Positions 25,948 through 39,056 of a stretch of 64,000 nt of DNA are shown one piece after another (the stretch's first letter is position 1; each line of letters opens with the position of its first letter). Origin of the DNA: Adineta vaga (taxonomy: Eukaryota; Animalia; Rotifera); NCBI GenBank assembly GCA_021613535.1, contig CP075492.1:496001-560000 (forward strand), in the 5' to 3' direction. The notes beneath the pieces were generated by a model, which was given only the letters and a program-made list of their open reading frames with translations, was not told the origin of the DNA and did no database searches. Made by a program: the position numbers and the translations under genes.

Positions 25948-28900
25948 ATGCAATCTTTGTCGGCTGAAGCGGAAGAATTTATACCTGGTGTCACATATCT
26001 TCCTGGTAAACCAATGACAAACTCAACATATCAACTTTATCCATATTCTCAACCTGGTCTGTATCATCTTCCTCAACAATATATGCTTAGAACAACTGAA
26101 TGCATCACACCTCAGACTATATGTGTACCTACACATATTCCGTATCAGTTTAAATACGTCAAAATCTATACTCCTACTTATTATTATTCTCCAGTACCTG
26201 TAAAATACATAAATAATTATTCGAATAGTCAAATGTATCAAAGTCAGTCTACAAATTTTCATAATTTACCAAACAACTATATGCCAGTGGTAGATAATAC
26301 AAAGACATATCATGGATTTCAACATGCGCAAACATTAGTAAAACAACAATCTGATAGTGACTTAGTGAATGATGATTATGTTTTTACCCTATATTTTGAA
26401 GGAACAGAATGTTATGTGGAGAATGAATCTTCGTCAAACGAATTTCTCTACAAATTAATTGTAGAGCGTCTTAGCAGCATTTGGTCACCTCCTGAATGGA
26501 TAAAACATCTGACAACATATCTTAGCACTACAGTAGAATTGACTGTTGATGAAAATGGTTATTATCGTAATGCTCAAATGATCGATCATTCTACAAATGT
26601 AGCCTTTGATGAGATAGTGAATTATTCTTTATCGAAATATATCACTATGTTTTCCATACAAAATATCCGTTCAAGTACATTAACAAGTGGAGAAGTTAAT
26701 TCGGCTGTAAGTAATATCTCTGAAAACAAGGAAGCTATTACATTAATCTGGTATGGTGAGAAGATAGATGATATTTATAAAAAATTACGAAGTATTAATA
26801 ATTATATCTTAGTGTACTCTGAATTCGAAAAGGCGAAATGTATTGGACAAATTCGATCTGTTTTGAAAGAAAAAATTTTCTTAATAGTCTCAAGCGTCAA
26901 TGAAAGTGACATTTTGTTTGGAATAGAACCGGACGCGAGTAAATCTTTACCCAGACAAATCGACAGTATATTCATATATCGTCCTAATGGTAACAAAGAC
27001 CTCTCAACAATGTCATTACAACATCAACGAAAGTTAGTCGATGTATTTCAATCAATAGATGAGTTATTGAATAGTGTAATCGAAAATAAAAAATGCGTAG
27101 AAAAACAAACAGCCGTGTTTAGCCTCTACAATACTAGTAGAAAGTATGTTCATGATGTTGAATCGGCCGACTATCAATGGAAACAACTAATTAGTGACAT
27201 TTTAGTAAAGATTCCATTGAGTGATGGTGCAAAAAAGCAAATGTTGGAGAAATGCCAAGACTATTATCGTGATAATAAAACAATGCTACGCAATATTGAA
27301 GATTTCAGAATTAATTACATACCGCAGAAAACAATCAATTGGTATACAAAACAGGATTTTGTGTATAAATTAGTAAACAAAGCACTTCTTACAGAAGATC
27401 CCGATGGATTGATTTTATTCAGATTTCTTATATCCGAATTATGTCGACAAATCAAAGCTAAACACGAATTGTTTATCAAGACACCAGTATGTCCAATTTT
27501 ACGAGTGTATCGAGGTGTCATCGTACCAGAAGAGATCATCGATGAAATGGCAAAATTATCGGGTAAATTAGTTTCAACGCCAAGTTTTCTGTCTACTTCA
27601 AGAAACAAAAAGGTGGCAGAAATGTTTGCTGATGTTGGAAATTCATCTAAGAAGACAAACGAAAAAGTATCGGTCATTTACGCTATTCAAGTGAACATCC
27701 GAATAGAATCGATTGTATTCGCTGATATATCAGAGGACAGTGATAAACAAGATGAAGAAGGAGTACTTTTCAATCCAGGAGCTGTATTCAAAATCGAAAG
27801 CGTTATTTATGTTAAATCATCTAATTATTGGTTGGTACGAATGACAGCTTTTGATAAGGATGAAATTATCGTAAGTGATTATATCAATGAATGTGTAGAA
27901 GATGTGAATACACAAAATCAAAAACTAATTTCAATTGCATCTGTTCTGATTGATATGAATGAAGGAAAAAAAGCCCATACATATTTGGAAAACCTCTTAC
28001 GAGATCATCAATTTGATAAGAAGGACGAAGCTCATATTTATAATCTATTGGGATGTTCGTTAGATACACAACTCCGATATAATGAGTCTTTCTCAGAAGT
28101 ACAAAAAGAACATTTACAATCTGAAATGTTAAAGTGTTTCCTAATATCATATCGGTTATATATGGAACTTAACGACAAACATGAGTCAGATATACTATTG
28201 AAAAATATTGTTCTCTATCATTTGGATCATGGTGATTTCGATCGAGCAATGTGTTACGCTTTAATGGCGTTAAGTTTAAAGAGAAAATTATATCGTTATA
28301 AACCACAGATGTATATTAATGAATTAGAACAAATAGCAAACATTTATCATCGTAAAAATGATCTTGATCAAGCACTGCATTGTTATGAACATATATTACG
28401 ACTACGGAGGAATTATTTACTAAAAAATAAGTATGCATGTGTGAATACTTTAATAGCAATAGGTGATTTACATTGTTTTCATACTGGTTATGTCTATCAA
28501 GCATTAGATTATTATACACATGCATTGAAAATCAGCACATCATTAAATGATTCGGAGTTTAAAATTCAATTATTTTCAAAAATAAGTCATTTACATTTAG
28601 CTTATTTCAACAAAACAGATTTAGCACTTAAGTATAAGATGGAACAACTGAACGAAGAGAAAAAGATTCGATGTTCAGGAGATCCACATATGGTTAACTG
28701 TTTGATCGAGATCAGCGCTATTATGCTTAAACAGAACCACGAGCGACCGTCTTTTGACGAAAACGATGTTGATTCAGCAATGAAATATGCTATTGAAGGA
28801 CTCAATGCAGCGAAAAAATCTTACAAGGCAGATATTGCTCAAATTGCACGCTACCTACAACATATTGGAAGTCTCTACAATCACGAGCATAAATGGACAA

Positions 28901-30609
28901 AGGCTGAAATGTATCTATTAGAAGCATTTCATTTGTGCAAAAATAGTCAATTACATGACAAACTTTGTGATGAAATAGCCAATTTATTAATGGAAGTGAG
29001 TGAACACACTGGTAATAAACTGGAAGAAGTCTTTGTGGCGATCGCCGAAGGTTTAAGACAGAAACAAATAGAAATTCCAAGTAAGAAGTGTTTAAAGTCG
29101 ACAGATCCTGTGGAATCAGAAAAATTAAACACGAATTCGAACAATTTGAATAAAAATGATGTATCAATGCTTCTCATGTTGAGTCAAAATGTAGATAATA
29201 ACAAGAAAAACAAAACAATATACAACAAACATAAATTTATACGCAATCAACTGCAAAATACACAGTTAGACGGCGAGTGTCTATCAGGTTATGCAGAACG
29301 ACAATTAGAAGATTATAGATATTACACAAAACATCCATTTGAACAATCACATACATCAAAGTATGGATATCAACAAGGATATAACAGAGGTATTCGAGAT
29401 CGTGCTCCATTACGTCCATCAAAGCCAAAAACATTAGAATCTTCACTGTTGACTGTTATGTGTCTTTGTAATCCAGCTCTTTCAACTAATGTGTCACAAT
29501 ATGATTTAAAAGAACTTCCTACGATAAATGATATTTGGTGTAAATTATCAGATAATCTGCAATATTTACCACGACAGGAAGAGATTTCATATTTTGATGA
29601 TGTTTTTGAATATGACGAAGATTACATATACGACGATGTCGCTGATACACGAGGAATATTCCGTCGTCATCATATGGAGAGAGTCAAGCGAAGACGATCC
29701 CAAAAGATTGGGAATCGACCGTTACCAACCCAACAAATACAGAGCGTCGGGTCGTTTATTGTGACGCAATACAATGGTTCCCATTTACCCAAAAAGAATA
29801 AAAATCTATACTCGATTAATGACTTTTTACGAGCTGTTTCTGAAACACCAGTGAACCGAAGAAAGTCTGAGCGCAAAAAGAATCAGACAGATCTTCATCG
29901 AAACAAAGACGACTATATGTATGAAACAGAATCTGTGTACGACTGTCTAGCCCTTTTATTCACGGAAACGGCACAATTAGAAGCGGATACAAATGTTTTG
30001 CCGACAAGATATCAATATAATCATAGTCAGTTCAAACAACTGACAAATTCATCAACAAAATCATGGGAATTTTTTTCGCGATATTCTTCAAATTTATCGC
30101 ATTCTATCAACACGGTGGAAGATTCTTTTGGTTACGCAATTCCATACAGCAATTACTCATTCAATTTGACTGCCTACCTTAGGAGTGAAAGACGATTCAA
30201 GAGTTATTTAACTCAAGAATCTAGAAGTAGACTGCCGAATATAGATGAAAACAAGACATTTTTTCCTTTATCACTATGCAGATGGACAAACTACTCAGAG
30301 AAGATCTTTTGCTTGGGAAAAGAAATTCATCGTTTCACACTTAATGATGAGAATGAACGGCAACCGATTCAAAGTTGGAGAACCGAAGGTTTTGCCCATG
30401 AAACGACGAGATTTCGTACAGCTTCATCAGGATATCAAGCTATCAACACAATACCATTTGTACAGTGGGAAAACATTGGAAAAAAACAATATTTTCCAAA
30501 AAAATGCAAAAAATCAAGAGAAACAGCTATTAAGAACCGTAATCTGCCTATGCGTCGACCGAATATAAAGAAAAACTTTAATTATTTTCGATCACGTCGT
30601 CTATGTTAG
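25948..30609 (+). CDS. PAM2 - ADP-ribosyltransferase (R-S-E type) - TPR protein
   Basis: 1553-aa intronless ORF; LSAEAEEFIP; INWYT..FVYKLVNKAL, VYRG, FLSTS, DEEGVLF; TPR repeats. Confidence 0.9.
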   Translation: MQSLSAEAEEFIPGVTYLPGKPMTNSTYQLYPYSQPGLYHLPQQYMLRTTECITPQTICVPTHIPYQFKYVKIYTPTYYYSPVPVKYINNYSNSQMYQSQSTNFHNLPNNYMPVVDNTKTYHGFQHAQTLVKQQSDSDLVNDDYVFTLYFEGTECYVENESSSNEFLYKLIVERLSSIWSPPEWIKHLTTYLSTTVELTVDENGYYRNAQMIDHSTNVAFDEIVNYSLSKYITMFSIQNIRSSTLTSGEVNSAVSNISENKEAITLIWYGEKIDDIYKKLRSINNYILVYSEFEKAKCIGQIRSVLKEKIFLIVSSVNESDILFGIEPDASKSLPRQIDSIFIYRPNGNKDLSTMSLQHQRKLVDVFQSIDELLNSVIENKKCVEKQTAVFSLYNTSRKYVHDVESADYQWKQLISDILVKIPLSDGAKKQMLEKCQDYYRDNKTMLRNIEDFRINYIPQKTINWYTKQDFVYKLVNKALLTEDPDGLILFRFLISELCRQIKAKHELFIKTPVCPILRVYRGVIVPEEIIDEMAKLSGKLVSTPSFLSTSRNKKVAEMFADVGNSSKKTNEKVSVIYAIQVNIRIESIVFADISEDSDKQDEEGVLFNPGAVFKIESVIYVKSSNYWLVRMTAFDKDEIIVSDYINECVEDVNTQNQKLISIASVLIDMNEGKKAHTYLENLLRDHQFDKKDEAHIYNLLGCSLDTQLRYNESFSEVQKEHLQSEMLKCFLISYRLYMELNDKHESDILLKNIVLYHLDHGDFDRAMCYALMALSLKRKLYRYKPQMYINELEQIANIYHRKNDLDQALHCYEHILRLRRNYLLKNKYACVNTLIAIGDLHCFHTGYVYQALDYYTHALKISTSLNDSEFKIQLFSKISHLHLAYFNKTDLALKYKMEQLNEEKKIRCSGDPHMVNCLIEISAIMLKQNHERPSFDENDVDSAMKYAIEGLNAAKKSYKADIAQIARYLQHIGSLYNHEHKWTKAEMYLLEAFHLCKNSQLHDKLCDEIANLLMEVSEHTGNKLEEVFVAIAEGLRQKQIEIPSKKCLKSTDPVESEKLNTNSNNLNKNDVSMLLMLSQNVDNNKKNKTIYNKHKFIRNQLQNTQLDGECLSGYAERQLEDYRYYTKHPFEQSHTSKYGYQQGYNRGIRDRAPLRPSKPKTLESSLLTVMCLCNPALSTNVSQYDLKELPTINDIWCKLSDNLQYLPRQEEISYFDDVFEYDEDYIYDDVADTRGIFRRHHMERVKRRRSQKIGNRPLPTQQIQSVGSFIVTQYNGSHLPKKNKNLYSINDFLRAVSETPVNRRKSERKKNQTDLHRNKDDYMYETESVYDCLALLFTETAQLEADTNVLPTRYQYNHSQFKQLTNSSTKSWEFFSRYSSNLSHSINTVEDSFGYAIPYSNYSFNLTAYLRSERRFKSYLTQESRSRLPNIDENKTFFPLSLCRWTNYSEKIFCLGKEIHRFTLNDENERQPIQSWRTEGFAHETTRFRTASSGYQAINTIPFVQWENIGKKQYFPKKCKKSRETAIKNRNLPMRRPNIKKNFNYFRSRRLC

Positions 30610-31132
30610 CCATATGAACGTATATGGTCTTGATGAATATGTTATCCAGGGAAAATGATGTTTTGTATCACTTTCTTTGTCACAGTTTCGGGACTATATC
30701 TGAATGTATGTTCTTTTTAGATTTAATCAAGTCATTACATTTTTTTCTGAGTTCATATTTTGAGTAGTGTATAGCTAATTGATGTTTCTATTTGATATTC
30801 TTCAAAAGTTAATTTTGCAATATCATACAACACGGAAATTGTTTTTTTAACGTGATAAAATGATTTCTTTCTTTCCTATTCTGACGAATAAATTTTTACA
30901 CAGCATTCTTTCTTGTCTATTTCAATATTACGTGATATTCATCATGATTGGTAATAAAATACAAGTTTGGGAAATGATTTTTGCCAAGAGAACACGCATC
31001 TTCATTTTTTTCTATTATTTAAGCCGCATACTGTAGTCGTTACGCAGATTCGAAAAGAATGATATCAACATCTGCAGTCAACAGATCATCAACAGGTCAA
31101 GCCGAATTTGTCCATTTTAAAAAAGAAAGAAA

Positions 31133-31411
31133 ATGAAAAATGCAAATTTCTTCTTAGATGCTTGTTCGGTTTTTACTCGAAGAAGTCAATGGGATTATGT
31201 GTTAAATGACATTGAAGATGCTATTATAAGTACAAATACTACAGATGAATGTTGTTTATATTATGCGACTATAAATAATTGTCAAGCTTTTACTTTCAAC
31301 ATAGTTTATTATCTATGTGTTCCAAAAGCAAGTATTGGTACTGGTGGTAACTATGATGTACAAGGAGAAACTGATTATCGACCAATTATAAGTACAATGA
31401 TGCAGAGTTAA
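31133..31411 (+). CDS. PAN/apple-like domain exon of a small protein
   Basis: DY..NDI...ECCLY...NCQAFTFN...C..K; probably spliced to an upstream exon. Confidence 0.55.
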   Translation: MKNANFFLDACSVFTRRSQWDYVLNDIEDAIISTNTTDECCLYYATINNCQAFTFNIVYYLCVPKASIGTGGNYDVQGETDYRPIISTMMQS

Positions 31412-31497
31412 ATTATAATGAAAAATATTTTCTTGAAAATTCATTGTGTGTCAATAAAATTGAAACATATTGAATCGAAATGAGTTTCTTTTAAAGA

Positions 31498-32016
31498 TCA
31501 GCTTGTGATTCTTGATGGTGCACAGAAAATATATTTCACAATAACAATGGCAATTAATCGATAGATAATAACTAATCCACCATAAAGACCAATGAGTGTT
31601 GTGATTCCTTCAATGACATGATTATTATCGATAATTCTTTGAATTTGTTCGTTAAGTAAAGTTGATGATAACAGTTGAGTATTGATGAAATCACTTCCAC
31701 CTAATTGGTCCAATGAATTATCAACTGTTTCTTTCGATAAATGACAAAACGATGCGAGAAGTTGAAATTGTGCAGCAGCTGAAGAGAGAAAATCGGTCGA
31801 ACGAACACGACCAAGAAAAATATAAGTATAATAAAAATAAGCGATAGTTTCCTTTGAAAGCAAATCATTTGAACAAACTTCATAGAAAGAAGGTGTCAAT
31901 GTGAGAAATGTTCGGTATTTGATGGAAGTTTTCGAACAAGGACATTCTAGGGAATGTGAAGATCGTCTCAGCAATTCGTCGTACATCGTTAATGAATGCA
32001 TTAGAAATCCAAACAA
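31498..32016 (-). pseudogene. Internally deleted fragment of the Cys-rich TM repeat family
   Basis: LECPCS, EVCSNDL, FQLLASFC, ITTLIGLYGGL, as in 34614-38616; cut at the element starting 32026. Confidence 0.75.
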
Positions 32017-32025
32017 CTAATAGTC

Positions 32026-33640
32026 ACAAGTAACGCTCGTCGAGGCTGACTCGCATTGCCCTCGACTTCATTCGTAACTCGAAATACGATAATCTTTACG
32101 TTCATTCTACACAAAAAAAACAGGAATACGCACCTTATAATGGTCTCTCGAGACTGGTCCCCATCCATCTTACAGTTTTGAAAGCAAACCTAAGGGTTGA
32201 TCTTATTTATCGGATCTTCCTTTTCCGAAGTCACTGTTCACATGGAGCGTTAGTTCGCTATAAATGACTACTATGACCTTGCATTTGTAAGCATGCCTAC
32301 TTTTTTCTAAAAGAAAGACGCATGCAGTGATATCACATGGGATTCTATACAAATTTAGAATCTAAACGTGCCTGAATGTTGTAATGTCTGTAGCAGAATA
32401 GGCTCACTGGGGCAGCTCCAAAGCCTTTCCTATCTCACATACAACCGAAAACATTGCTACATCAAAGATACAAGAGTAATTAGTCTGTTTCTCTAAACGT
32501 ACGGTTTTAATCATAATTTGTCCTTACTTCGCATGCTCTCCTTATAATATATTGTCCTACTCCTTTTTGGAGGGGTATATAAATGCCTCAATTTTATATT
32601 ACCACTGCAATATGCAATAAGAAGAAAGAAAAGATGACGCAATACAATAAGCACTAGGATCACTTCAATCGAACAGCATCACAACCATACGCAACATATC
32701 AAATGCACCACGAAGCATACACAAAAGTCCAAAGTATACAACGTCACTCACCAATCTCAGTATCCTCTCGGCCAGTATCTTTTTCCCGACACCAACACCC
32801 AAATCTACACAATTCAACCCATCAACTTCACTACGACGAGACCACTCCTTATTCCATCCACAAATAGGCCACTCCCGAGCAAGCAACTCCACTCCAACTC
32901 CGATTTATCAATCCAACTGGAGTAAACACTCAACTTCGAAAGAATATTTTTAACATTAACCTAAATTTACTCCACTACGAGCACCAATAATAATCATATG
33001 CTACTTGCCGACGTTCTATTTCTTTGTCTTTGCAAAATTTCCAATAGATTTAATACGTTTAACTAAATGGATTAGGATTACATTTGACCCAAGTAAATTT
33101 AGCTAATGTATTCCTTGACATCTCTATTTTCCGCTTACACTGCATTTAGCTACGGCAATACATAAATTATTTGTAGTTCTTCTATTGCTCCTAAGATCAG
33201 CTACAGTTGAATCAAAGTTGGAACATCCTAGCCACTCCAACTGCGTTCTAACGCCACTCCTAGCCATCCGAACCCCACATCAACTTCATATTCCATTACA
33301 AACAACTCAACACCAACTAAAACGAAATTTAACTAAAATCCTGAAACTCAGGGACTAGAGCCGCCGATCATCGTTTCCATTCGCCCACACCTATACCCAC
33401 CAATCGCTTCGCCCAACATCGCCACCCACGCCTATACACCCACCAATGGCTTCACCCCACACCCACACCCAGCTTCACCACCCTTCATCCCCACTCGTTC
33501 TAGCTCCACTATATTAGAAGTTTTCAAAGTGTGGGATGATTTTAGATTCAAATGTTTTTTTGACCTTTGGCCCTGACACAAACAGACAGACAGACAAACT
33601 ATTTTTTTTCATATGACCCTTCTTACAGTCGAGGGACCTT
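32026..33640 (+). mobile_element. Helentron-associated / DINE-1-like non-autonomous element
   Basis: 5' ACAAGTAACGCTCGTCGAGG..CCCTCGACT (32059-32067) and its inverse AGTCGAGGG (33627-33635) in a 3' stem-loop; (CAGA)n microsatellite near 33583. Confidence 0.6.
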
Positions 33641-34613
33641 TGTGAGTTGAATTTATGTATTTAGGTATGGTGTATCGAATGGTTGAACTACGCAGGTGAT
33701 TTGGTTTATTTACATTCTGCATAAAATATTTCTAACGTTTTTGACGGTGAGAACAGTTGGTAAAGTATACGAGAAAATTTTGTTGCAGGGAATATCTACA
33801 GAGCATTTCGAAAATCGTTTTGGAAGAAAAATGTTGACAGATACACTTATGTATAAAAACGGAGTTTGAACGCTTCTATTTATACTTCGGGTATGGATGG
33901 CAAATGCGGTCCCCGACTGATAGAAACACACGGCAAGAAAAATGAGAGATATTATGCTGCGAAAAAGTCATGGAATATTCAGAGAAAAATATTTCAGTAA
34001 CTTTTTTTTTGCGTTTTCTCGGACTTTTATTTCTGACGTTTCTAGCTAACAATCGAGGACCGCGATTGATAGAGAAACACGGCGAAAATTTTTATAGAGT
34101 TTTCACGCGTTTTTAACGATTCTTGTCTGCTCGGGTATATTGAGGTTGTGGGTGATATTGAAATTAAGCATTAACGATGATATCAACATTCACAGGCTCT
34201 CTCTTCTGTGATAAAACAGGAAGTATTTGTTTCATTCCCGATATCAGAGGAAAATATACAGAAACAAAAATCTTTATTGATAAAGTTCCAATAATATTTA
34301 GGTAGCAAATGGTAACCATTATTATTCTTGTTATTCTACACGTCAGCAATGTTTTTTTTAGATTGCATTATGTTTCTTTCACAAGAAAGTTGATCCATTG
34401 ATAAAATAAGAGAATAAAATAACTGAACAGTTGGTATAATTTATTTTGAAAAATGCATTACGAGGATTAAATAATTCTGTTCATAAGCATTAGTAAAAAA
34501 CGTGATCAGCTTTTCATTAATTCATCATTCTTATACGATGTAAGTGGTGATGAAAAATCTGTTTTCTTATAAAAATATACACAGGTATTAAAGAAAATCT
34601 CCACGAAAAGTCT

Positions 34614-37600
34614 ATGGCATTTCAAACGGTATCCAACTTAGTCAAAAAGTTTTGGCGATCATTTCTTCAATTAAACCTTTTTAAAAATTCTTTAAGTACC
34701 GATGGAACACTTTTGAAAGAACAAATTGCAACTCGTATTTACGTATATTCATTAATAATATCTTTAATATCAATCACAACTATTACCTTATTTATGTTCC
34801 GAACGATCGAGCAAACTGAAAGCAAACCTTCCCATACAAGATTTTTACAATTAGCCAATGCATATTCAAATACTTTGAATTGTCCATGTTCAAAATATGC
34901 CATAAATTATCAAACATTTGTGACAACACAAGTTCGATTTCATGAAGTTTGTTCAAGTCAATTTATTGAACAAAATTGGTTTGATATGATATTTACAAAT
35001 ACAAACATTTCAATTCATTCAATCGATGATTTTCGTGTTACTTTAATCTTTTTTTGGCAAACAATCGCAGGATTATGTAATGCAAGTCGAAAAAGTTGGG
35101 ATGATACTCTCGCAAATTTTAATGCATCACGTATTCTTAGTTCAACTGCATTTAATGAAGAAACTCTTCAATTTCACGTTCAAACAACTCTTAAAAATCA
35201 AAAAGAATTATCGCAAATGACAATGAATCGTAATTTACTTATTATTCATCGAATGATAAGTGGAAATCAAATTCTTTCTGGTTTACAAACAAATTATTAT
35301 TTTTTTTCTCATCCATCTGGTTCTGTTCAAACAGCACCTCGAATATTTGACAATTGTTCTTGTTTAAATATCGAAGGTTGTCCACGTTCTGCTACATTTA
35401 TTAATGATGATGATGATTCGATTGCAATACCTGGAATGATCATCGATTGTTTAATAATTGATGCAACACTTTCTTCAACACTTGAATGTTATTATAATCA
35501 AACATGTTTTTCTCTCTTACATTCATCATTACCGAGAAATATTCAACTATTATCAAACACGTCATTCAAATATTTTTCATTAAATTCAACAATTAAAATG
35601 CTTTTAAATGAATTAATGATTGAAGAACTGATTATTAATACTTACTTTGATTTATATTATTCTCAATGTAATCCGAAACATTGTTCATATTCATATACAC
35701 GTCGTTTTCATATTATTTTTGTTTTTACAACAATAATTGGTGTTTTTGGTGGTTTATCATTTGGAACCAAATTATTAGCACCTTTAATTGCAGTAATTAT
35801 CTTACGTAGAAAAAATCATGTCTTACCTACTACGATCGCATCACAAATAGAACCACAACGTCAGACTCGAGGTATGTTGTATTTCATTCTCTTAATGACA
35901 TATCATTCCAAGATCTGAATACATTTGTAGGTCGCATTGTATGGCTCCGTATTCGATCTTTACCTCCATATATCAAAGTACAAGTGCTATCTTTGAATCT
36001 TTTTGAAAGTTCAGCACCACGTAATCCGCATCATATCTATCGTGAACGATTATTCACGAGAATATTTATTCTTCTTATGATTATTTCTTCGATTGCTGTT
36101 GGACTTTATATTTTTGTTAGTGAAGAAAATCAGTTAATAATCGTTGAACATCCATCTCTTCCTATTTATTTACAATTATATGATGATCATTCAATAACGT
36201 TACAATGTCCTTGTTCACAAATATCTATTCCATATAAATCATTTCTTAATGTAACATTTATTTTACATCAAGTATGTTCAAGTGATTTAATTTCAGCTGA
36301 ATGGTTAAACTACTTGACAAGATTAGATTCAAAATTCATGCCAGAAATAGACAATGACCTTGAGGGTACTCGTGACTTTCGAATAATAGGTTCTTCTTAT
36401 TTTCAACTTTTATCAACTTTTTGTTCAATGGCTCGAATGAATATTGATGATGCACAACATAATTTTATTAATACTCAATTTATCAATGCTGATGTTCTTC
36501 CTCCATCAGTTTTTCTTCAGAAAACCCAAGCAATAATCGATTTATTTATCAATACAACACGAGATAATTTTGCACGTACGATTGATTGGGTTAATATCAT
36601 GTTCCATACCAGTCAATTTTTAAATGGAGCAAATGTCATTTTGGAGATTACTGAAACGAATGATAACCAACTTGATATTATATTCCCTACATATCCAACG
36701 TATTCGAGTTTTTCTGAGAACGAAATCACTGCTGAAGGTGCGTGCTCATGTATATCTGCTGATAGACAGTGTCATCTTATACCTTTGTTGTACTTAAATG
36801 AATCATACTTGGGTCAATTTCCACCAAAAATACTTTTCGAAATCATCAAAATCGGTTGTACACCCTTAGATGGTTTTCGAAAATCGAAGATTGGATGGTG
36901 GTATAACATTACATATTTTCAATATATTAAAGAAACTTATTCAATCGCTATTAAATCTCAATCTACACCAAATATAAAAGCACTTAATACATCAATCCTC
37001 AGTCGATTTAATGATGTTATAACAGATAATTTAATTCAAGAAATGCTTTCAGAAATAACAATAAATAATGATACTAATTTTGAACAATTTTATAATAAAT
37101 GTGCACCTATAACTTGTACATATTTAAAACTACAACGACGAAATCTTTTAGCATCATTATTTCTACTTATTGCCATATGTGGTGGTTTAAACAAAGGTTT
37201 TCGATTAATTCTACCATTGTTTGGTAAACTTTTCTTTTCCTGTATTAATTGGTGGAAAGAACGTCATCGTCGACGTGATAATTCTATTTTCCTTAACATT
37301 TATCAATCAATAAAAACTCTGAATTTATTTACAACTGAATCAACTGATGAGCGATCAATTCATCAACAACTAATCTATACTCGAACTTATTTAATTCTTT
37401 ATTTCACTTCTCTTAGTATTTTATTGTTTTACACAGCTGTTGTTGAACGTAGTATAACTAAAATGCATCCTATATCTTCGACGATGGATTATGAACAGTT
37501 ATTGGTAGATCTTCAAGCAGATGATATTAGTTGTCCTTGTACACGGATTTCCACTCCATATAGCGAATTTATTAGTGAATTACGAGTGGATAAATTTCAT

Positions 37601-38616
37601 GAAGTTTGTACAACAGATAAAATTTGGATAATTCTCAATTCTAGTAATAAAATTTTTGATTAGAAAATGTGAGACATATCTTCTTTGCCGTTTTAGATTT
37701 GGACGACGATAAAGTTACCGAGTTTTATACTGGAAGAAGTTTCCAGTTATGGAAACCATTCTTTACCGAGTTTTTAGCATCACTATGCTCATTATCAAAA
37801 GATACTATTAATAATAGCATTAAAAGTTTCCTTTCATCAACTTTATTGACTAATCAATTACAGCCTTCTGTACAATTTATCAATGAAATAAATCAAACGA
37901 TAAATCAATTTCAACAAAGAGTATCAATTAGTTTTACACAAACATTAGATCTTATACGTATGATTATACAAGGAAATTCTCTATTAGGAACATTTTCATC
38001 TAATTGGGATATAATCAAAACTGAAGATGATATAGAATCAAATAGTTTATTTATCACTAAATCTGTTATTTATGATGATATAAAACAAAATATAAGTTGT
38101 TCATGTTCTACTCTACGAACATGTTCGACACCAGCCGAAATAATCGATGAAAACGATCAATCAACTATTGTTCAAGGTTTGATATTTAGTTGTCATTTAT
38201 TAGAAACAATTTTACTTTCATCATTATCATGTTTCTATTCTTCAACATGTGTTTCTGATGTTCGAGATGCATTAGATGCAATAACTTCTGAACATTTGAG
38301 AAATGAATTATTAAATGATTCATTGACACGATTCAATGTCAATGATACAATTGAAAAGTTAGCATATGAAATGTTTATTGAATCATGGATAAGTAATATA
38401 TCTTATGACAAATTTTACAATAGTTGTTCTTCGAATTATTGTACGTACACGTATTATTATCAATTTAATGCACTGGAATTATTAACGACATTTTTGAGTA
38501 TATTTGCTGGTTTATCAACTGTAATTCGATTTCTTGTTCCTTATCTTATCACTATCTTACAATATTTTAAGCATCGCTTTTGTTTTCGTAACGTTCGCAT
38601 TTTATCGATTCATTGA
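34614..38616 (+). CDS. Multi-exon Cys-rich multi-pass membrane protein with three repeats
   Basis: Three units of LNLF...TR-TM-CPCS...VCSS...LC...C.C...C.P..C.Y-TM; introns near 35872-35930 and 37645-37698. Confidence 0.85.
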
Positions 38617-38898
38617 TTATTTGCTTTCAGCTTCTATCAAAAGAAATATATTTTAATACATAGTATCGCTTATCATTGGCTTATATTTCGTTTTGCCTTA
38701 AATCTATTGACATATAGTGATAAACAACTTATCTTTTCTATTACTATGGTATTACACTGGTCGATTTTTATCTCACTTTTTGCTTTTTTCCCACTCTATG
38801 TGTTTGATGTGAGTCAAGGTAAATAAAAGAATCAACATATCAAATAAAAGAAAAATAGAAACGTATTACTTGAGTTTTGGCTATTCTAATACCAAAAT

Positions 38899-38925
38899 AA
38901 CGCTCGTCGAGGCTGACTCGCTTGA
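38899..38925 (+). repeat. Second copy of the 5' end of the Helentron-like element
   Basis: TAACGCTCGTCGAGGCTGACTCGC is identical to 32031-32054. Confidence 0.7.
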
Positions 38926-38952
38926 CCATCGGCCGAATATCCAAGTCAGTAC

Positions 38953-39056
38953 CAGAGATGAGCAACTCGAACTCCGGAGTTGCTCCTTTTTAGTCGGAGT
39001 TAGAGTTGGAGTTGGAGTGAGCCTTTCGACTTTGTACACGGAGTTGCCCATCTCTG
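38953..39056. mobile_element. hAT-type MITE (104 bp)
   Basis: TIR CAGAGATGAGCAACTC / GAGTTGCCCATCTCTG; 8-bp TSD GTCAGTAC/GTCAATAC; internal GGAGTT repeats. Confidence 0.9.

Noticed and set aside
17154-30568. Many short antisense or overlapping ORFs within the GPCR, oxidase and ART genes
   Set aside because: They are shadow frames with no motifs.
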